A stretch of DNA of 64,000 nt from Chrysomallon squamiferum (GCA_012295275.1 CM022671.1:1178001-1242000), one strand, 5' to 3'; numbered from the stretch's first letter, positions 50,408 through 64,000 are shown. Program-made: numbers and translations. Notes: generated from the letters alone by a model not told the origin.

Positions 50408-51029
50408 GTAAGTATTTTATTTTATACACAGAGTATGTATAATGATGTGTGTGTGTGTGTGTGTGTGTGTGCATGAATACAAACATGAGTGTTCTGGTTT
50501 TAACCTTATTTAAACAGAATGATGCAATTACCTATAACTAGAAAGTTAACGAATTTTTATTCAGTCCAGTAAAATATGATGGATGTTTCCAGTATTTTGA
50601 AGTAAAAGCTTCTTGACAGGTCTTATCTGTGTGTCAGAGTGAGATTCTGTGTTTTTAGGATACAGATACAGAATGTCAGAATAAGGGTTGTAACATCACT
50701 GTGATGGATAGAACTTTGATGATGTATTAGATTATTAAAATCTAAAAAACACGTGGGTAGGCAGTAAATGGGCAGATTGGTGTTAATGGTGCCCTCCACT
50801 GTGATACAGTTAATTGTCTCCTCACTGAGTGACGCGATGAGAGAGAAAGCTACTGATACCTGTCTAATCAGCCGTGTAACATGCTAACATCTGTAACATG
50901 TGCTAACACTTTCAATTATTGTTCATGGCTGAGGGATTATTTTCTAGGAGATTAACTTTTACGTGAAGAGATCACCTTGTAGATTGTGGTTTACTTATGT
51001 TACTAGAGCTGTACATCACCAGTGAGTGT

Positions 51030-51116
51030 GTGCTTGTAAACACAATCATGTACACACACACACACACACACACAAAAACAGGTACACACACACACAAATA
51101 CAGGTACACATACACA

Positions 51117-51148
<32 letters not shown>

Positions 51149-51862
51149 AATACAGGTACACACTTGTAAACACAACCATGTACACTGACAGTAACACATA
51201 TATGTATGTACACACACACACACACACACAAATACAGGTACACACACACACAAACACAATCATGTAAACACAATCACAGTAACACATATATGTATGTACA
51301 CACACACACACACACACACAAATACAGGTACACACTTGTAAACACAACCATGTACACTGACAGTAACACATATATGTATACACACACACACACACACACA
51401 CAAATACAGGTACACACTTGTAAACACAACCATGTACACTGACAGTAACACATATATGTATGTACACACACACACACAAAATACAGGTACACACTTGTAA
51501 ACACAACCATGTACACTGACAGTAACACATATATGTACTATACACACACACACACACACACACATACAGGTACACACTTGTAAACACAACCATGTACACT
51601 GACAGTGACATATATATGTATGTACACACACACACACACATGCACACACACACACAAATACAGGTACACACACTTGTAAACACAACCATGTACACACACA
51701 CACACACACACACACACAAATACAGGTACACACTTGTAAACACAACCATGTACACTGACAGTGACATATATATGTATGTACACACACACACATACATGTA
51801 CACACACACACACACACAATACAGGTACACACACTTGTAAACACAACCATAAACACAACCAT

Positions 51863-51895
<33 letters not shown>

Positions 51896-52460
51896 TACAG
51901 GTACACACTTGTAAACACAACCATGTACACTGACAGTGACATATATATGTATGTACACACACACACATACAGGTACACACTTGTAAACACAACCATGTAC
52001 ACACACACACACACACACAAATACTGGTACACACTTGTAAACACAACCATGTGCACTGACAGTGACATATATATGTATGTACACACACACAAATACAGGT
52101 ACACACTTGTAAACACAACCATGTACACACACACACAAATGACAGTGACATATATATGTATGTACACTGACAGTACACATACACACAACACACACAGGTA
52201 CACACACACACACACAAATAAACACAACCATGTAAACACAACCATGTACACTGACAGTGATATATATATGTATGTATGCACACACACACAACCATGTACA
52301 CACAACATATATATACAGGTACACACACACACACAAATACAAACACAAACCATGTACACTGACAGTGACATATATATGTATGTACACACACACACATACA
52401 CACACACACACACACACAAATACAGGTACACACTTGTAAACAACCATGTACATTGACAGT
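51030..52460. repeat. Compound CA-rich minisatellite
   Basis: Unit CACTTGTAAACACAACCATGTACACTGACAGT(A/G)ACA..TATGTA(CA)nAATACAGGTA with variable (CA)n. Confidence 0.93.
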
Positions 52461-53706
52461 GATTGTGTGTGTGTGTGTGTGTGTACATACCCACTCACAC
52501 ATTTAAATACATGTACACACAGACACACATAAATACATATCACAGAATTATATACATACCTATATGTATATATGAACAATGAGGGAAATAAATTAATTTA
52601 ATTTAATTCAAAATGTAGCATATGTGAAATTTGATTTGGTTTTATTTCCCATTAAATTTTCTAAAAAGTTTACTATATTTTTTTTTTTTATTATTTTTAC
52701 TTAATTCACCAAATATAAAGAAAGGCCTGCTGTATAATGAATAATATGTGGCATTTGATTACAGTCATTATAAAAGATTTGATAAATGTATATTTTATGT
52801 TGTTTTTCAGGAATTATTTTCAATTAATTATAATATTACAGATAATTATTTTATGTATGTCAGGTTTTCATATTTACATCTTGACTCTGTTTCTTTTTTA
52901 CTTTGTTTGGATTATTTATCTCTCCATACTCATGTAATATGATAATAAATGCTTTAATAAGTATCTTAATAGCTGATTAATATAGATTTTCCAGGTTCTT
53001 TTCACACAAAACATTTTCAAAGAAGACTTTTTAAAAGAACTAATTTTGTAGTTTGGCATGTAGTTGTAAAAAAAATGTCTTCCAGTAATGGACTAATAAT
53101 TCACCTCAGTGAGAAGCAGATGTAGCTTTATAACTGAACCAAACAGACTGTTTACACACTCTAAATGAACAGTTCTGAGTTAGAAATAAAATATGTGTTT
53201 GTATTTTAAAAAGAAAACCTGAATCAACCCTTTCATGGTCCATACTCAATCAGAAAGCATCAATGCATCTTTTTTAAAACATACTTTTCTTAAAAATAAA
53301 AAAGAATATTTTAGGGCATTTTAGTTACAAGTTATGTTGCACTAACTTTAAGTAGGATTGATCCTGGAAACCTTTGTTCATCAGTCAGCTGTTTTATCTC
53401 AGCTGTATGAAGCATATTCCAGGTATATAATTCACACTGAATGTGACTCCATTAAGTGACTGGGCATTACAGTATTTTCTACTTTAATCATTCACACACT
53501 GAAGAGGAAACATTGTATAAGCATATGTTATTTCTGGTTTTGTAAATTGCCTGGTCAATAAAAACATTAATGACATTCAAGTTATAAACAGATCTGTTCT
53601 TGATTAATATGATTTATGGGAGTTTCTCAAAAAAAAAAAACCCATAGAAGTTAGATTAATTAGAGAAACAAGATTAATATTAAAATCAGTTGCTGTCACT
53701 TTGGTT

Positions 53707-53853
53707 GTGTGTATATGTATGTATGTGTAGGTATGTATGTATGTGTGTGTGTATGTATGTATGTGTGTATGTATGTATGTGTGTGTGTGTATGTATGTAT
53801 GTGTGTGTATGTATGTATGTGTGTGTGTGTATGTATGTGTGTGTGTGTATGTG
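53707..53853. repeat. (TATG)/(TG) compound microsatellite
   Basis: Directly visible. Confidence 0.9.
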
Positions 53854-56800
53854 TACATCAGAGGAACTGGTTTGAAAAAAGAAAATAATAATAACAGTTA
53901 ATCATTGTTTCCAAAATAATTTTATGTAGTTTACTGTAATTTCTAAAAACAAAGAAAAAAATTAAAAAAATATATAATTATGTAACAGTAACAATAATAA
54001 TTAAATAAATTATTTTCTTCCTTTTCTCTTATTCACCTCCTTTCTTTCTCTTTTCATTCTTTCTATTTACTCACTTCCCCCCTTCTCTTTAAGCTTGCTA
54101 ATGCTGCCTGCTGTATTTTTGTAATGATCAATACTGAAGAATCTGTTGATGTAACTCAGTCCTGCTGCTGGCAGTGTGTTAAACTGGCTGTTTGATGCTG
54201 TGCCAAACGTAGACCACCACATCACTGAAGTAGCCAGTAGCCACTGAATTTCCAGCAAACTTTCTTTTTTTAACTGAGATTAAAAATAAAAGGAGAAGAA
54301 CAGTCAGTTGCTGTAGAAGTGAGCCTATATTTTAAAATTTCTCTTTCGGATGTTAGGAATGTGCAGAAGGGGAATTAGGGAATGTGTCGTTTCATTGAGT
54401 TCTAAGTTTTAATTCAGTTGTTTGTGGTTAAGTAATGAAAGATTGTTAAGAATTTCAATGAAGAAGTATTTGATCACTGGACCGAAGAAAAGGTAAATTG
54501 TCAAGATTTATTTTTAATTATTTTAAATTATTATTACTTTTTTTTTTTTTTTTTTTTTATATAAAGTTGATTTTTAATTTTATTATATAATTACTTATTA
54601 TAATATGTATATGTGTCAATAATTTAAAAAAAAAAATTGTATGTGTGTGTGTGTTTTTGGAAAATAATTATTTAATCATGTTTTTTGGATGAGTAGAATA
54701 TGTGTTGAATAAATTGAGAAATCGATATTATTACCATTATTATTATTATTATTACTATTATTATTATTATTATTATTATTATAACTTAGGCACACAATTT
54801 GTCTTTTATGTTCTATTTAAGTGAGTCTGTGTAAATGTTTGCTTCTTGTTGTCTTTTCTTTGGTCATGAACTGAGAACTTCTCTGCTTACGGTCAAACAA
54901 CTGAAGAGTTCTTCAGTGATTACATGTAATTTAGTCTAATGATGTGTAATCAGCACTCACCAGCTCCTTGTTGCTGGTTCCAGTTGAAAGTTGTAATAAT
55001 TTCAGACTTCATTCTGAAAACATTTCTGAGGACAGCTGTGTTCATTTTGCATCTGATAAAGTTGTTTTATGACCTTTAGTTTCATTTCTGTTTTTACTTT
55101 TCAGGAAGCTTCTCTCTTTATTTCTTTCTCTGTCACATCTTTCATTCTATTACTGTCTTCTTTTTTTTTTTTCCTTTCTTCTGGCTGTCTTCTTTCTCAC
55201 TTTTCATTCTATCTTTCTTTTTTATTTCATTCTCTAACTTTTCTATTCTTCTTTTACCTTTCATATTCTGTTTCTCTCTTTAATTAATTATCTGCATCTC
55301 TTTGTCTCATTCTGTCTTCAATTTTATTCTGTGCACTCCTTGTTTATATTTAATTTCTTTATATCCTCTCCATCTCAAAATTTTTAAAATGAAAGGCAGT
55401 GTAAGTTTAATGTATTTGATCAGCTGACTACAGATCTTTTTGGTAAAGTTTCAAATAAAAATAATTCTGATTTATCTAATTCAGAGTTACTGGTTTGGCA
55501 AGGTACACAGAGAGAACTGGATGCCTGCCAGCAGGTGTTTTTCACTGATTAAATTTAACACTTTATTTTTGAAACAATCAAACTGCTGTGTTTTATCACC
55601 AAAACAATTAGGAGATTGCCTCAGAGAGTGTGTAATATTAATGTGTTTTTTGAAAAGGTCAGTCTCATAAATTACACAGATATCTCCAGAAGGCCCAGGT
55701 CTTAGAGATAGCAAGTTTAATTCTTTGGACTGAAGATGCTCAAATAGCACTCTTTAAATTAGAGGCTTTTCCTCTTCTTCTTTTTCCAGTCTTTTTCTTC
55801 TTCCTTTTAATTTTTTAAAGACAAAAAGTGAAGTAAGTCATAAATAAATTTGCTTTAATTTGATCAAAATATTAAAACATAAATAACAACAAACTAAAAA
55901 ATATCTAGATATATCATGTAGTTTCATTCATCTCAGTTTTATTTTCTCAATATTCTTATATATTTATCATCTGCACCCATTTTTACCTATATCCATTATT
56001 AATTTTATTCTTCCAGAGCTTCATTTTTGTATAAAAAATATTTTATTGAAACATTTTGAGTGCAATTTATTAACTTTAAGGGTCCTCTTTCATATATATC
56101 ATAACAATATATTTACACTGTATTTGAATAAAGCTTACAAAAACATGGAAACTTTTCCTAAAACTGACAGATGAATTAACAGAGACAGCTGACTACTATT
56201 TAGAGAAAACTGACATTTTGAGTAAATTCATAATGGTCACAGCTAACTAGAGAGAGAGAGAAAATACTTACTAATGTTTAAAAAGATATCTAAAATGAAG
56301 AAACATTTTCTAGAGATTGTGAGAAAAAAAAATGGCAGTCAAAAGAACTAAAACTAATAATAATTATTATATTAATAATGATGATTATGATGATGATGAT
56401 GATGATGATAATGATAACAATAATGATGATAATGATGCTGATAGTAATGATAATAATCTCCAAATAATTCTTTGAAAAGTAATACGGTCAGATGCACAAA
56501 AATAATGCACATTATAATTTGATTTATCCTTTATCCCCTGTACTGTGATTTATAAGCTTGTTTCATGAATTAGTTTAACAAGCGTCTGTTAAAGATTTTC
56601 TGTTCTGACTGCGTTTACTTCAGTGTTTGTTTATGAAATAAAATGGATGGTTTCTTTAAGGCAAGCACTTTCCATTCTTCTCTGTAGATGTAACACAGAT
56701 GAATTTACTTTAGACTTCAAGTGAGTCTTCAGTCTCTATTACAACTGTGGACATTTCAAGTGAGCACTAAATTGCTTAGCAATCAGAATGGAAAACATGG

Positions 56801-57718
56801 GTGCTCATATTTTCTCAGAACCTTCACTTTATTTGTGGCAGGCTTTTCTCTTATACTTAAACCAAAAACAAATTAAATATTGTATTAATTAATTATAATA
56901 CTGAAATCAGAGAATAACAAATATTTATTTAACGATTTGTGCCAATGATGAATATTTTTTTTTTATTGGTTGTGTCAGTGTTTGTTATCCTGATAAACAT
57001 TTTCTAAACATATTTAACTTATATTAGTCAGATCAGTCTCAGTCCTTGCCTAATTATTTAAATTTCTTTAAAAAAAAATAATTAGAAGATAATTTAATAT
57101 TGGTCGATTTTGGATTCATATCAGGTTTTTTTGAGAGTAGGAATATTCTTTCAAAAGGCAAGAAATCATTTAATTACCAGAATGTTTTTAAAATTTGCTT
57201 AACTTATTATTAACTTGTAATATTTTTTTATGTCAGGTATTTTTCATTTCCTTTTTTTAATTACATGACAGAATCATTGACAAATGAGTAAAAGTTTATT
57301 GGATAATGACAATTACAGATCTTCAAACAGGCTGTACTGTAATTGTTTTGGGTAATAAACTAAAGTTTATTGTCAGATTCCTGCTTTTTGACACAGAGAT
57401 CTCAGAGTTATTTATCTTCTTAATTTGAAAACAATTTCAAGAATTTGTTTATGCATTCTTTGCCGAAGTTATTATTTACCATCATACAGAGGTATGTGTC
57501 TGTTCAGACTCCATTAAGCAAGAACTGCTAACATTTAGCAGTCTGTGGAGGTTTTTGTTTTGTTTTCACACTAGTTAGTAGTGATTAAGTTAACAACCAG
57601 GGACAGTTGAGTGTCCTTGTCAGGGAGAAAAAGTGTAACAGCTGGTTAGAAAGCAGAGTGTTTATGGGAGGTGGATTACTTAGTTGTAGACAATCTATAT
57701 AAAATAACAGAAAGTATA

Positions 57719-57826
<108 letters not shown>

Positions 57827-58539
57827 ATTTATATATCTTTGACAACAGAACTGGTGAAGCAAACAGACACAGAACCATAATCTCTTCTTTTTACTATCAC
57901 AAATATACAAGTATGCCTACCATGTACCTCTCTTTGTTGCAGATTTCTGACAGTGACGTGGAGACTGACTTTCTTGCCAGCTTCATTATGTTCCTGTTAA
58001 GATAATTATCTTGTTTGTACACTAATTAACATCTCCAGTCTGTGAGATATCAGTGTTATCTGATTAGTTATATAGCTTCCCATTGGTCGTCACAGCTCAT
58101 TTCATTTATGATGTCACAGTTTGTGGCAAGATAACCACTCCTGATCACCTACGAGTTACCACACACTTCACTGCAGAGCTGTGCTTCTCTTCTTTGTGTT
58201 TGCTTTTGTTTGCTTTATTTATTTATTTATTTTATTTTATTTTCTCTTTTTTCTTTTTTTCTTCTTTACAACTTAAAAAAAACAATTAAAAAAAGGTAAA
58301 AAAAAGAAAAAAGAAAAAAAAATGAAATAATTTTTTTTTTTTTTGTCATTCACACAAATGGTCCAAATGCTAAAACCTATTCTGGACAGACCTTCTAATC
58401 ATATGTAGTAAAACAAATTAGAAACCTTATTTTACCTCTGAAGCTTAAGTTAGTTTGATAATAGATGAGTTAAATATAGTGTTAATAGAATTAAAGCTCA
58501 GTAGCTTATATAATTTTTGGTTAGTTTATTTTGAAGGTG

Positions 58540-58726
58540 GTAAGTAAAACATGCATGTGTCTATGTTTTTATAAAGTAAGTAAAACATGCATGTGTCTAT
58601 GTATTTATAAAGTAAGTAAAACATGTATGTGTCTATGTATTTATAAAGTAAGTAAAACATGCATGTGTCTATGTATTTATAAAGTAAGTAAAACATGCAT
58701 GTGTCTATGTATTTATAAAGTAAGTA
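58540..58726. repeat. 36-bp minisatellite containing GTAAGT and TGCATG
   Basis: GTAAGT at 58540, 58576, 58612, 58648, 58684 and 58720. Confidence 0.93.
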
Positions 58727-58782
58727 AGATAGTCAAATGAGCTAATTACGGTTTTTAGTATAGAATATTTTTTAGTTAATAT

Positions 58783-59700
58783 AAATGTTGGTAACTGAAA
58801 GTTTTTTCTTTCAGCTGTTTTTATTAAAAGGTGACAAACTGGTTTATGTATTGTATGAATGTAGGTAACTGAAAGGTTTTTCTTTCAGCTGTTTTTATTA
58901 AAAGGTGACAAACTGGTTTATGTAGTGTATGAATGTTGGTAACTGAAAGGTTTTTCTTTCAGCTGTTTTTATTAAAAGGTGACAAACTGGTTTATGTAGT
59001 GTTTTAACTGAAAGGTTTTTCTTTCAGCTGTTTTTATCAAAAGGTGACAAACTGGTTTATGTAGTGTATGAATGTTGGTAACTGAAAGGTTTTTCTTTCA
59101 GCTGTTTTTATTAAAAGGTGACAAACTGGTTTATGTAGTGTATGAATGTTGGTAACTGAAAGTGTTTTGACTAAGCTGTTTTTATTAAAAGGTGACAAAA
59201 TGGTTTATGTAGTGTATGATTGTTGGTAACTGAAAGGTTTTTCTTTCAGCTGTTTTTATTAAAAGGTGACAAACTGGTTTATGTAGTGTATGAATGTTGG
59301 TAACTGAAAGTTTTTTGACTAAGCTGTTTTTATTAAAAGGTGACAAACTGGTTTATGTAGTGTATAAATGTTGGTAACTGAAAGTTTTTTCTTTCAGCTG
59401 TTTTTATTAAAAGGTGACAAACTGGTTTATGTAGTGTATGAATGTTGGTAACTGAAAGTTTTTTCAGCTGTTTTTATTAAAAGGTGACAAACTGGTTTTA
59501 TTAAAATGGTGACAAACTGGTTTTTATTAAAAGTGGTTTATGTATAAATGTTGGTAACTGAAAGGTTTTTCTTTCAGCTGTTTTTATTAAAAGGTGACAA
59601 ACTGGTTTATGTAGTGTATGAATGTTGGTAACTGAAAGTTCTTTCAGCTGTTTTTATTAAAACGTAACATACTGGTTTATGTATGAATGTTGGTAACAGA
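58783..59700. repeat. 74-bp minisatellite (~12 copies)
   Basis: Unit AACTGAAAGGTTTTTCTTTCAGCTGTTTTTATTAAAAGGTGACAAACTGGTTTATGTAGTGTATGAATGTTGGT; CAGCTG at 58812, 58886, 58960 and onward. Confidence 0.95.
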
Positions 59701-61008
59701 AACTGTTTGTCTCCCCAGTTTTCGATGAACTGAAAGTAAGAAAGTTTATGCAGTGATAAACTTCTGTATTACATTCTGGATATTAGCCAGCACTGAGATA
59801 AGATCCCACACACTACAAAGCATCATTCTACAGAGACATACACTGCAGCACCAGTGAGTCTGTGATTTTCAAATCTGTACACAGACAGTTATTGTCACAG
59901 AAATCTGTAGCAGACTTCATCATTAGAACTGTAAAAATATCAGCTTTGTCCAGCCGATACAGATTTCTCTGTTTTGTTTTTCTTTTCTGTTTCCTTTAAA
60001 CTGTTCTCCAGTTTTCTGTGCAGCTTAGTAATAAACAAAAAGCCTTTGTAAATAAACAGGTTAAAGCACATGGGAACAATTCTGTGTTTGTTTTTGATAG
60101 AAAGTGGATAGAGTGATGGCTAGGGAATGTAGATGTGTTGATAAAGAATGAAAAATGTGGCCAGAAGAAGAGTTTAGACAATAGTGGTTTGTTTTAAGCT
60201 GAACTGAGGTATTTTTGACTATTGTTAATTGTAGTTGCTGCTTTATATGTGGGATAGGGTGATAAGTGAAAGTGATGTAAACCTTGTCACGATGTGGGTT
60301 TGTTAATTGTAATCACATTTTCACATATGACTTAGACTGATAAGTACCATGTAAATCTTGTGTTTAGGTATTTTATTACTTTTTATTTTTAATTTTTTAT
60401 TTTTATTTTTCATAATTGTATCTATGTTTTCAACTGAATGGAAGTAAATTAAATATTGTTAATTTTGTGTGTTCACTTTTTGAAGTGGAACTCAAATATA
60501 AAATGTGTTTCATATTATGCTAAAATTATTCTAATACATATATTTGTTATTTTTAAAATATGGTGGGGGGAAAAAGGAAAACTTTCTAACAGTATAAAGT
60601 CTCAAATATCTACAGCATCAGCAACACTTCATCCTCACTTGAATTGTATTTCAGTACATGTTTACATTAAATACAGGTACATTTCCTGTTAGTACAATCT
60701 TCAAAAACTGACACTGAAAACTTTTATCTTCACATCATTATAGCCTTGGGTGTGTTATGAGGATGTTTGTCATCATATTTCAAAATATCCTCCTTCCTGT
60801 CTGAAATTGGCCCAGTTCTCTCCCAGGGCTAATGAGGCAGTTCAAGGCTTTGATCTGAGGTCCAAGGCGAAGCACCAAGCTTGTTAGGCACAAATTTGTT
60901 CAAAGATCAACTGCTATTATAGAGATGTCCCCACAACAGCTGTCAGTACAACTTGCCTAGGAAAAATATTTTGTTACACTGGGAGTGTGTGTTATTTATT
61001 TATTTATT

Positions 61009-61067
<59 letters not shown>

Positions 61068-61769
61068 TTTTTTTGCCACACTGCCTGCATTGACATTACC
61101 TTTGATTGAGTTTTTTTTCTCCAGATTGGTCCACCTCTCTCTCAAAAACAAACGAAAACATCAACAACACAATTAATATACTTCTACTAATTTGTAATAA
61201 TAATAAGAAGAAGAACAATGAATGTAATAAAACAAAATTAAAAAATTAAACAAATTATTTTAAATAAATTCAATACATATTTAAAACATTCATGTTACTG
61301 GCAATGATTGGTCATCATAAATTCAAAAAAAAATAATAACTTGAAAGTAAAATATATTTATGAAATACTACTACTAAAAAAGAATTTCATTTTCTTTTTG
61401 AGATAAAACTCAGAGTTCAGTTGGTTTTGATGGTAATCTATACCTGTTATTTTATTTTATTTTATTATTATTATTTTTTCAATCTACAAAATCTTTCTGA
61501 AATCAAAGATGAATAAGCTGTGGTATTTAATGCAGGACAAATTTTCCTGTTTTTCCTGTCTATAATGATCATAATCTCATTACTGAAAAACCTGAGTCTT
61601 TAGAAAACTCAGAGAACTCCAAATTAACCACAACATTCCAGCTACTTGAGAGGGTCTGTAAGGAATTAATTCACTTTTCAACACTAACAGAAACCATGTG
61701 AAGATTTCTTCACTTTTTTTTTTCCCTTCAACTTTTCCACTTTTTCTTAATCTCTCCGTGTTTTTACAG

Positions 61770-61868
61770 TGTAGAAAGTCCAGTGGGGGGATTGGGAGGT
61801 GTTGTAGAGTTACAGGAACCAGGAGAGAGGAAGAATAATGTGTGGACAGAGGAGGGGGAAGACTCTCT
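61770..61868 (+). CDS. Candidate 99-nt DOCK cassette exon
   Basis: About 60-nt pyrimidine tract + tttttacAG; purine-rich open frame; CT|GTTAGT donor; phase 2-2. No homology recognised. Confidence 0.4.
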
Positions 61869-62842
61869 GTTAGTTATAAACAGCTGAAGTATAGGAAACA
61901 AAAACTGAAAAGAAGAGGCAATACTTTGTTATGTATTACCTTTTTCCTGTTACAAGCACTTGGAATACTGAGTTATAAAATTTAGTGATGAGGGCTTTGG
62001 ACAAATTTATTTAAATGTACTAGAATAATAAAGATTAGAAAATGGAAAACAGTATATCTGAGTGTACAGCATTACTGAAAAATAAAATTTTATGTTTTAT
62101 GAGAAATTTTTGTAATGTGAAAATCATTGGGAAAAAATTACTAATATATCTGTTACAAACTGCATTAAATTTCAAAATTAAAAATTGGAAGCAGTTTTGG
62201 AGAAATTTATTTCAAGACACTATAATAAAAAGTAGTGAAAGATAAACATTAAAGAGAAGATTTTATTGGCTAAAGATTGTAGGTAAAAATAGTACATCTG
62301 TTAGCACCTGAGGTATTTGAGTATTAAGTGTTGAAGAAAGTTTGTGAAGAAACTTACTGGAATTTATTACAAAAAATTCTTAAAAAATAAAAAATAGTTT
62401 GAAAGAGTCTAATTTTAAGATTATGTATTAAGTTTAAATTTATTTACTTAAAATGTATGAAGTTACTGCTAATAGTGAAAAAATAAAGATTTTGTTCTTT
62501 TAAAATCACACGGGAATATCATGACAGCAATAATTTTGAAAAATACAGATGGAAGAGAAAAGAAAATATTTTTCTGTGAAAATAATGTGAAAAAAGGAGG
62601 AACCTTTGGGTGTCTGTCAACAGGGCTGGTGTTTTCAAGCTGGTAATACACAGTGTAATACACAGTGTTAGGGTGGGGCAGTTTATCAGGTTTCTCCTCA
62701 TTCTTCTCTTCTTTGTTGTTTGATTATCTTTTGATGGGAATTAAGTGACTAAAGGTTTGAATGAACCAAAACATTTTAAGTGATAACTGTATGGTTAAAA
62801 GATAAAAAGTTTAAACAGTTTGATTAATTATTCTCAGTTTTG

Positions 62843-62844
<2 letters not shown>

Positions 62845-62898
<54 letters not shown>
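62845..62898. repeat. (TG)n microsatellite
   Basis: Directly visible. Confidence 0.97.
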
Positions 62899-62901
<3 letters not shown>

Positions 62902-64000
62902 ATGAATAAACTATGATAAAGTGAATACTGGTAAATAAATAAATGGGATATGGGTAGTGGGAAAGAAAGAACAAAATACATATATATGTAAACTGAATGA
63001 GAGCAATATATGTATATATTGCAATGCTATTTAGATTACACTGTGCTAACTTCTGTTGAACTAAACTACTAATAATTTGAACTCAAATGTTCAGATAAAG
63101 CAGTTGTTGACTGTTTATACAATTAATAAGAAAACATAAGTTTCAAGTTTCAATAAAACAGTAATATACAAATATATTTAAAAAAAAAAAAAAAAAGAAT
63201 GTGTTTAGGAAGCAATGATTCTCTTTTGTGGGATTGGAAAATCTCTGCACAGTTCATGGTGACCAACTGAAATATAGTCCCACCCATGTCCCTCCCAGCC
63301 TCTGTCTCCCCTGTAACAGACTACATATCTTCTTTCTGTCCATTCCTCCTTTTCTTCAGACTGGCTGATTTGGGGGGATTCTTTCTTTCTCTCTCAGTCT
63401 TTATTATTTTATTTTTTTTGACAAGTAGACTGTAAATATTTGGTTTATGTGAAGGGAGGGCAACTTTCCCATGATTAGCCAAACTGACCACTGAGTGGAC
63501 ATGTGGTCTTGATAGCTAGCTGATGGACTTTGCTGGCCAGACTGTCCTCTTCAATCATGGCTGTGGTAATTAAGTTAGTGTTTATGTTGTTACTGTGGAG
63601 ATGAGGTATTGAAAAACAGAAGTGAGAATAGTTTAAACGTCTGTGGTAGGAAATAACAGACACTGGTGACAGGCGAAATAGTCACACACTGTTGACTTGT
63701 GAAAAATTAACTTCTTGTATTGGGCAGAGAAAGAATGGCTAGAAATTTGAGACAAACTGTGTGTGTGTGTGTGTGTGAAGTATTTCTGCATCTGTGCATT
63801 AGAGAGACGTTTTTGAAAATTATATTTAATTTAAAAAAATAATAATTATAAACAGTGTAAACCTATAAACATACAACATGTTTGTTTCATTTTCTTTAAA
63901 CATTTACTTATTTTCTAGCACACAAACATTCACAGTATCAATAAAGCTCATAAGTCATATTCCTGTTTGGGACCATTAGCAATCTGATATCTTTGTTTCA

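Noticed and set aside
50972-52579. Long Cys/Val- and His/Thr-rich ORFs (499, 439, 318, 231 aa)
   Set aside because: Translations of a CA/TG-rich minisatellite.
57943-58005. Good acceptor (tctttgttgcAG) in the long DOCK intron
   Set aside because: No convincing phase-2 donor before the stop and no homology.

Overview
AT-rich, microsatellite-rich animal genomic DNA. It is probably a mollusc or other lophotrochozoan (inference from composition and repeat types). The window holds three intron-containing genes. (1) ZNF277-like C2H2 zinc-finger gene on the minus strand: 10 coding exons from 21406 down to 772, with the 3' end outside the window. (2) A two-coding-exon class A GPCR of prostanoid-receptor type on the plus strand (5374-6132 + 12395-12649, 337 aa), nested antisense in the 13.5 kb ZNF277 intron. 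(3) DOCK3/DOCK4-like Rac GEF on the plus strand: 35 exons from 21719 to 50407 covering SH3, DHR-1/C2 and the ARM region, with DHR-2 beyond the window. ZNF277 and DOCK are head-to-head, with 312 bp between the ATGs, across an ETS-motif-rich promoter. This is the same arrangement as human ZNF277/DOCK4. Almost all other ORFs in the track, including the 1401-aa ORF, are artefacts of tandem repeats. Most unusual observations: many minisatellites are built from, or anchored on, splice signals; the long phase-2 DOCK intron after 50407 contains several frame-preserving candidate cassette/micro-exons; and two DOCK exons appear broken, most likely through assembly error. All exon calls were made by eye from translation, splice signals and phase, without alignment tools.
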